64,000 nt of DNA from Lama guanicoe (taxonomy: Eukaryota), in assembly GCA_013239625.1 (NCBI GenBank), contig MU053629.1:3189567-3253566 (forward strand), written 5' to 3'. Positions 56,301-64,000 of this stretch are shown here, one piece after another; within the stretch, counting starts at the first letter, position 1, and each line of letters starts with the position of its first letter. The notes under the pieces were generated by a model that was not told the DNA's origin, searched no databases, and saw only the letters and a program-made list of their open reading frames with translations. The position numbers and the translations under genes are program-made.

Positions 56301-56443
56301 TGGACTGGGTTCTCTAGATCAGGGCTGAGGTGGTGGGTGTCCTGCTCCCACCTGCGGGCTGGTGGGAGCTCAGCACAAGGGACTCTGGGAGGCAGCCAGG
56401 GAAGTGGGCCTGGCCCCCATGTCTTCTTTCTTGCTGGAGGAGT

Positions 56444-56590
56444 AGGGACAGTTTAGGCAAGAAAGGGCCCTGGACCAAGGGTCAGAGTATGTGGGTTTAA
56501 GTGATGCAAGGGCGCTGGCTCAAGGTGCCCTGGCCTCGTTTTTCACCCATTCAATCCACAAACACCTGCAGAGCATCAACCAGAGGCCAG
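56444..56590 (+). repeat. 147-bp perfect dispersed duplication, copy 2
   Basis: Identical to 53186-53332; offset 3258 bp. Confidence 0.95.
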
Positions 56591-57794
56591 GTGCCGGGAC
56601 AGGCCCCGGTCTCACTAACCATCATGCCAAACTAGGTGTGACCTAAGGTCCCTTTCAGCTCCCATATTCTTTACCTTCCCCTGCCCTCCCACTTCCAGAG
56701 CAGGTTCCCCGGTTACCTGCTCCTTTGCGGCACTGACCACAATTGTGATGAATTAACACAAAACCAGTTCTCACTCACTAGATCGTAAGTCTCCTGAGGG
56801 TCAGGACTGGGTCTGTTTGACTCAGCCCTGTGGCCCGGCCCTAGCACGGGGTCTCGACCACAGTCTGAGCTCGATGCATATGGACTGAATTAACTCAATC
56901 ATTCAGGAAATGTTTTTTAATCCCTAGTATGTGTCAGACACGACACTGCGCGAGGCCAGAGGTGGACAGAGTCGCCCCTATTCTCGTGGCGTTTACCCTC
57001 TAATGGTTGGAGCAGGGTGAGGCACAGATGAGGCCGTGGCACTAGAGAGCACAGACAAGTCCCCTCCCTACTCCCAGAATGTTCTGCCGGCAGCCTTCAG
57101 TGGCCTCCCCGATCCTCTGGTTGCTCCTGTTCCCTTCTCTCCCCTGCTTTTCCTAGAGTTTCAGGGCCACCCACAAAGGCTGACTTGGGTGTCCAGTGTT
57201 ACATCAGTGCCAGAAGCACACATGTGGAAGGTGCTTTACTGTTTACAAAGCCCCTTGTCAGGGCAAGCACCTGATCTTTGCCAAGCAGAGTGTCAGCCCT
57301 GGGCATCTACATCCCCACTGCCCACCCTCCTTGGTCAGTCCCGGCTCCAAGGGCTCAGAGTGGGACCCCCCAGGTGGGGAGCCTCATTTGTGATTTTCCA
57401 GGGAGAAAGAGTGACACGTGGTCCACAAGGCAAAAAGAGAATGGCCTGGACTGAATGCCAGCAACAGAGGCCTCTTCAATGCACAGAAAACCTCACTGGA
57501 CCTAATTAGTGTGTCACTGATAAAGCAGCAACTGACAGCGGATGCATGTTGGGGGAAAAAAACTCTGCATAAGGCATGAGGAGCAGAGGGCTAGAGAGAT
57601 GAAAGGGAGAGAGGGATGGAGGCCACGGGTCACACCCATCCCCATCCCTGCCTTCCTGTGTCAAGAGGGGAATACCCAGGGCCTGTGCAGCTGAGTCATT
57701 CTGCTAGGCTCCCATGGAGGATGGGTGGAGAAGGGCTCAAAATTAGCCCTGAAAATCCTATGTCTCTCCAACATGAATAGGCTGTCAGTGATCT

Positions 57795-57965
57795 GAGGCT
57801 GCTCTGTACAGTTGTGTAGGCTGTGCACTGCACAAATCCAGAGGTGCCACTCATACGGGAGTCACCATAGTCTGTGGATATATTACATTAGTTTTTGGCA
57901 GGTGTCAGTAGAATGTCTTGAGGAAGGAGTCATTTTTTTCTAATATTCACAAATATGCTATATAA
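57795..57965. mobile_element. hAT-type DNA transposon fossil (MER91-like)
   Basis: ggctgctctgtacagttgtgtaggctgtgcactgcacaa resembles the MER91 terminus; from memory, boundaries approximate. Confidence 0.45.
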
Positions 57966-59426
57966 CTTTGACCCCTCAAGAGGTTTCTCTAAAGGTGCAG
58001 ACCCCTTCTAATAGTTCCCAAACAGATCCAAGACATTTCAGGAAGACCTGAGATGCAGTGGGTATGGCCAAAGAAGGACATTTGGGGTCAAGTTCAGGCC
58101 ATGTCACTTACTGGCTGCATGACCTAGGGTCCTCCTGGAGGCAGCTGCCGGCCTGATAAAACAAAGGTTCTTTTCTCCCCTTCCCTCCTCCAACTGTCCC
58201 CTCGGAGAGCCTCTCCTGAGTTCCCAGAAGGCATCACAGGCTAATAAAGGCTTACTAAGCACTCTTGAGAGGTATTTGTATCTTATCAGGCGGCTCCAAG
58301 TCTAAAGTCCCTAGCAATGTTCCTATGTGCAGGGTACGTGCATTGTGGGCAGCACTTGGAGAAGGGGGAGCAGAGGCTCCGGTCCTCACTGCTGTACACA
58401 CCCCTTCACCCCTACAGACAGGGCTGACCCTTGGCTTTGGACAGACTGACCCACCCCCAGTGCTGGAGACAGGAGGAAGAAGACTCAGATTTTTAACCTC
58501 CCCCTTAGTGCCAGCTGGTACCAGGCACTTTTGGTCCCTTGTCTCCTTTTGTTCTTATAACAGCCCTGCAGGGAAGGAATTACCTAGAGAGAGAACCATC
58601 CTGGAGAGAGGCCAGACTGAGGCCCAAGGGGTCAATTTGCCCTAAGTCACACTGTAGGAAAGGGGCCGACTGACTCCACAGCCCAGTCTCTTTCCTCTAG
58701 ACCTGGCTGCCTTAACTGCAGACAGGACAGCAGTGACAGGGACCCCGATGATCTGAGCACCTGCCAGATGCGAGGCCCTGTGCTAGGTGCTTTTCTGCAC
58801 ATTTGTTGTTAAATGTACGCTGACAGTGGAGGCAAGAATGGCTAATAGGGGTTTACGGTGGGAATTCTTAGGGAGCATTTGTATCTTATATCGGGAGGCT
58901 CTTGAAGTCCAAAAGCTTTCAAGACTTGAAGGAATAAAGCTAAGATGGTGGAATAACATGGGAGTGAGAGTCAGACTGCGGATTGCGCCAACAGTCATCA
59001 AATAATGTATATCCTCTGAAGGAGAGAACGCTGGTTCAAGTGATGATGACGGTGATGATGCTAATGCTGGTGCTGATGGTGCCGGGGGAGGCAGCCACAG
59101 CGCACACACAGGCCGGCCTCGGCTCTGAGCTAAAAGAAAGGAGTTTCCTGTGACAGCTTCACATTCCTGCTCCTGGCTTCACCTCCCTCCGCTTCCTCCC
59201 CAGGACTGAGCCCAGTCAGAAGCCCTTGTACTTTCTGGGGGACTGGGTGGGTGGGGATGATTCCGGCCACAGAGGATCTCACAGGCCTTCTGGGCTGTGC
59301 TCCCTCAGAGGACAGAATGAGGCTTCCCTGCAAAGGCTGGGCTGGAATCTTCGGGACTTCCTGAGCAAACATTGACAACACATGGCCCCAGTCACTCTGT
59401 ATTAGGTTTCATGATTTCCCTAGTGG

Positions 59427-59567
59427 GCTTTTTTTTAAGCTTTCTTTTTTTGGTGGGGGGAGGTAATTAAGTTTATTCATTTATTTTTTAGTGGAAGTAC
59501 TGGGGATTGAACCCAGGACCTAGTGCATGCTAAGCATACACTCTACCACTAAGCTATACCTTCCCCC
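59427..59567 (-). mobile_element. tRNA-derived SINE (Vic-1-like)
   Basis: Third copy of the family; flanking direct repeat tccctagtgg at 59417-59426 and 59571-59580. Confidence 0.85.
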
Positions 59568-59783
59568 TGCTCCCTAGTGGTTTTAAAAAGTGCCAAAGAA
59601 CATTGCCTCTAAACTGCTGGGAAAGCCCTTGCTGGACATTGGGAAAGGTCCTGTGAGCATTTAGAGGGGTACGTGAGTGGAATGAGGAGTAGGGCAGGGG
59701 CACAAGATGAGACTGTAGCCTGGGAGTGGTGGGGTGGCTGCCTCTCTACTTCCAGGTGTTCTGCAGGCTGTTTTTGGTGAAGC

Positions 59784-59835
59784 TGTGTGTGTGTGTGTGT
59801 GTGTGTGTGCGCATGTGCACGTGTGCGCGCGCGCA
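59784..59835. repeat. (TG)n microsatellite extended by (CG)n; perfect purine-pyrimidine alternation
   Basis: (tg)13 followed by cgcatgtgcacgtgtgcgcgcgcgca. Confidence 0.95.
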
Positions 59836-62800
59836 GTGATACACACTGCTGACGTACGTCATGTGAAAACATACGTGGGCCCTATGTATACCTATACATA
59901 TGCTTTGCATGTGTAGAAGAGCAGGTTAGAGATAGGATTTAGGCTTGTTGTCCCAGTGTCCTGGTTTGGATGGTAGCTGATAGGGTTCCCTGACCATGCC
60001 TCGTCCATGCAGCATGTGACTTTAGTGTGTGTCTCGTGTCAACGATGTGACAGATACGGGGTAAGCTTAGCATCGGCACATCGAACATTTGGGCTGATCC
60101 TGGTCATAGAGCCTCAAGGCAAATTCGATCACTGTGGCTCTGAGCGCAGCATGCGTGGCATGGACATGCCGGGACCACGTTGTGGGGCTGTTGGTATATG
60201 TGCATGTGTGCTGCAGAACCCAGCTCCTCTGGGGTGGCGGCTGGGGGGTGTGTGCCCAGGGCAGTGGCCTACAGAGCCCAGGGCTGACTATATTGACAGT
60301 GACGATGTCCCAAGTGGGAACAAGATTGTGGGGGCAGACGGTCCTGCAGGGGCCACTGTTGGGTGTTTACTAGGGTCCAAGCAAAATGTGGTACATTCAT
60401 GACTTGGGAGATGCTTCTAAAGGACCTGGGAATCTATTCAAGTATTTACTGATCACTCTGTGCAGGGGACTGTGCCGGGCCTGTGAGTGGGCTGGGGTTA
60501 GGAGGCTGGCGGGATGGGGAAAGGGGATGAATCAGGCAGACCTGCCCTCCAGCAGCTTTCCGTCTAGTAGAGAGGGCAGAGACATCCACAGTGTGCCACC
60601 AGACTGGGCGTGCTGGTGTCCTATGGAAAGGTTGTGTTCTGGTGGGAAGAAAGCAAGGAGGCTTTATGAGGAGGCGGTCACCGAACTGAGCCCGTATGGG
60701 CACCTGGGCAGACTCTGGCCAGCGGGACACAGAGCAAGGGCATCGCGGGAAAGGGACAGTAGGAACAAGGGTACGCAGGTGAGGCTGGGGATGGGTGGGT
60801 GGGTGGGTGGGTCTCCAGGGTAAGGCAACCCATTTAGATTTTCTGGAGCACCAAGGCTGGAGGCGGGCAGTGGGACAAAGGCCTGAGCTTTACCGTAAGG
60901 CAAAGGCAGGTCCCTGAGAGCAGTGTTCCACCCTGTTTTTAGGAACCCCCTCCCCCAAAGGCCACTCCTTTGAGTTTGAGAGGTTGAGAGCCTGGACTCA
61001 GGCAAATCCAATGGCTTATCGACTGTGGAATCATTTTTTAAAAAGTTATAGATTGAATTCAGAGAAAGGCCAGAAGTTGAAACCTGAGAGGCTTTTACTG
61101 GGAAACAAAGAAGGAGTGGAGGTGGAAAAGCCTGCCGCCCCTCCCTTCCCCCAACTCTAAATTATCCAAGTCTTTATAAAGCTGATTTCCTCTGGATTTT
61201 TCTAGGCCTCGGAGGTGTCTCAGCCGAGTTCCCACAGAATGCATCATCACCACACATAATATGGGCCTGGGACGTGCTCCCCATTTAAGAACCTGAGGTT
61301 TGAAGGGAGCTCAGTTCAGACTTCCCTGCAGGAAAAGAGGTGTCTTCCGGCCTTGGGCAGAGCCTGTCTGGGGCTGCAGGCACGAGGGAAAAGAAGGGAG
61401 CAAGGCCTGGGAGGGAGACGGGGCCAGAGGGGTCTGTCCTGGCAGCATTTGCCTGGAGAGTGGTGCGGCTGTGTGTTTGAGAGCGGGGAGGGCTGAGTTG
61501 CTCCGAGCTGTGTAACCTTGCCGTGACTGGGTCCTTGCGTGTAAAGTGACAGTGGTGACATCTAACCTCAGAGGGCCGTGGAAACTCCTAAGATGATGGG
61601 TGAGAGAATTCTGTAGTGGAAGAACTGTGATGCAGATGGTTGTCATGGTGATGATGGCACACTCCATCCACGCCGCCACCTGGGAAACTGACACCTCCCC
61701 TCAGCTACATGATGGATACCTGGTTGCCCCATAGTTGGACATCAATTCCTAAATCAGCTCTTGTGGCTGGAGCACCCCCGTGGCCGTGGTTAAGGTTTCA
61801 CCCTGGTGTGGGGCAGTGAGGATCACTCTGGGTTTGTCCAGCAGAGACAGGTCACAACTGAAGCTCATGGGCTCTGGAACCTAACTCTTGCCTTTGACAC
61901 TTAAGGGATCTTGGGTGACTTTATTCCCCCCAGTATTATTGAGGTAGAATTGACAAACTGCAAGTTATTAACCTCTCTGTGTCTCAGTTTCCCTGCCTGG
62001 AAAATGGGGATTATAGCAGTACCTTCCTCTGAGGGTAGTGATGAAAATTAAATAAATTATTCTCCGTAATGTTCCTAGACAGTGCCTGGCCCAGAGGAAT
62101 TGCTATAAATGCTTTTTTTTGGGGGGGGGTTATTACATGTGGCCCATATGAGCCCGAGGCCTGCTGCGGATGGAAGAAAAGAAACTTAAGACCACTCTGT
62201 GCCACTTTGGTAATGCTTGCCCTGTTTCACCCTCACACCACCCTGCGAGGCCCTCCACTCACTGCCAGGCGAGCAGAGTGAGACTCAAGAGGCGAGCCTG
62301 CTGGCCAGCAGCTCACCCAGTTGTGGGGCGGCAGGGCTGAGATTCAAACTCAGGTTTCCCGGACTCAGAGCCTATGCTCGTCCCATTCTGCCCAGCAGAC
62401 TCCACTGAAGAACCACGGGGAGTGATGGGAACCAAAGTCTGCGAACACCTGCGACATGCCAGGCTCTTAGACTGTGACGTCACCACCCCCCTCCCCCCAC
62501 AGGGTACGGAGGTCAAGTGCAGCGCCGTTCTGTCACGGCCCTGCTCGGGGACTGCAATGACGCCCTCTTACCTGCAGGGTTGAGCACAGGTCCCCACCCC
62601 AGCTGCAGGGCCCAGCCTGCTCTGCTCCCACTCTGGGGCCATGGGGAACCCGCACCCCGCTCTCCTGGGCCTGTCTCAGGGAATTAACACTCCTGGCAAC
62701 TTTCAGGAGAGGCGAGAACAATTATTTACCGGTGTTTTTGGAGAGAAATTTTGAGGTGTTTATTTTCCTTTCATTTATCTCCATTGTTAGTTTTCCTATT

Positions 62801-64000
62801 AACCCCACCTTGAAGTAATTTATTCATGACCTTTTTCTGCAACATCTTTCATTTTCTAGACATAATCACACCTTCTGGCAGGAATCCCTTCCCCCTCCTG
62901 GGGTCCGTAATTACTCCTGCAGATGGGATGACTGGTGCTAATGACTAAGGGGGGAGACGGCTGTGGAGGGGCCTGGCTGGGGGGGATTTTGGAGCTTGAG
63001 GGCAGGGGTAGCAGGAGGGGAGTGGGCTCATCCTTTTCCCAGACCCGCAGCCTTGGTGGGGGAGTCAAGTCTGCGACTCGGGGCCCACGGCTCCCGTTAC
63101 ATCTCTGGGTGCACACACCTGGCACTTCTCCGAGCGTTTTCGATGAAGTGTTTCGTCTCAGCTTTACACCAGACCCAGGATTCAGGGAGCAAGGTTTATG
63201 CCCCAGTTTACAGAAGATAAAGTTAAGGCACAGAGGTGAAGGGACTCGGGCGAAGTCAAACAGCGAGTAGGCGGCGGAGCCAGGGTTGGAGCCCAGGTCT
63301 GACTCCCGAATGGCCTCTGCTCAGCACCAACCTCCCGTCCCCGCGCAGCTGTCCTGAGGCGAGCTTGGCCTTGGAGGCTTAAGCCCTGGGTTCTAGGCCC
63401 AGCTCGAGGTCCTCTCAAGTCAGGTCATCTCGGACAAGACTTGTAACTGATCTGAACTTCAGTTTCCTCGTCTGGGAGATAACAGCTAACAATACTCGCC
63501 CAGCGTTCCTCACAGGAGAGCCAGGGGGACTAACAAACTCGAGTGTGAGACAGCTGGGTAAACTGTAAAGCGCTGTCCCACAGTAAGGGAGGCAGCCCGA
63601 GGGTCCCAGCCACCTCCCCTTAAAAGACAGAAGGCGGGAGGTCCCAAGGCTCCAACTGAGAAAAGACGTTTCTGGGGTTGTCCTCTCTCCTGGGAAAAGG
63701 CCTGAGAGGGTGTCAAAGCTGGTTACTTATTTACCACGGACCCACAGCCCTCCCCTCTCCAGACAATTTTTGTTTGTAGCTGGAAGTGTAGGCTCTAGCC
63801 TCAAACAGCTGCAGGCCCAGCTCCTGGGGGCCGTTTACCAACAAGGGCAGGTTTCTTCAGCTCTCTGAGCCTCAGTTTCCTCATCTGCAAAGTGGGGATC
63901 CTAACAGCTCTACCTGCAGGGTTGCTGGGGGGGATGGAGAGCAGAGTGCCCGACCCAGGCGCACAGCATCTCCACTTGGCCGGCCCTCTCCCCTAGAACT

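Noticed and set aside
59040..59085. GAT/GCT/GGT triplet-like run suggesting coding sequence
   Set aside because: Degenerate trinucleotide microsatellite with no exon boundaries

Overview
Mammalian genomic DNA, probably camelid given a recurrent tRNA-derived SINE resembling the camelid Vic-1 type (inference). It holds two convergent spliced genes. On the + strand are RAB11A coding exons 2-5 (138-9570) and a 3' UTR with alternative poly(A) signals. On the - strand is the 3' part of MEGF11: 16 coding exons from 49599 down to the stop at 18247 (711 aa of EGF-like repeats, TM segment and tyrosine-motif tail), with a 3' UTR to about 15420. The rest of the window (49600-64000) is MEGF11 intron. All exon boundaries were read by hand, have GT-AG ends and keep frame. 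I found no prokaryotic-type system, CRISPR array or RNA gene, and most listed ORFs are chance ORFs in GC-rich intron. The most notable structures are: (i) a modular, almost entirely phase-1 exon array in MEGF11 with several stop-containing alternative tails; (ii) a perfect 147-bp dispersed duplication with a 5-bp flanking repeat; (iii) a decayed copy of RAB11A exon 4 in intron 4; (iv) homeobox-motif-rich candidate enhancers in MEGF11 introns. Repeat family names are from memory of consensus sequences and were not checked against a database.
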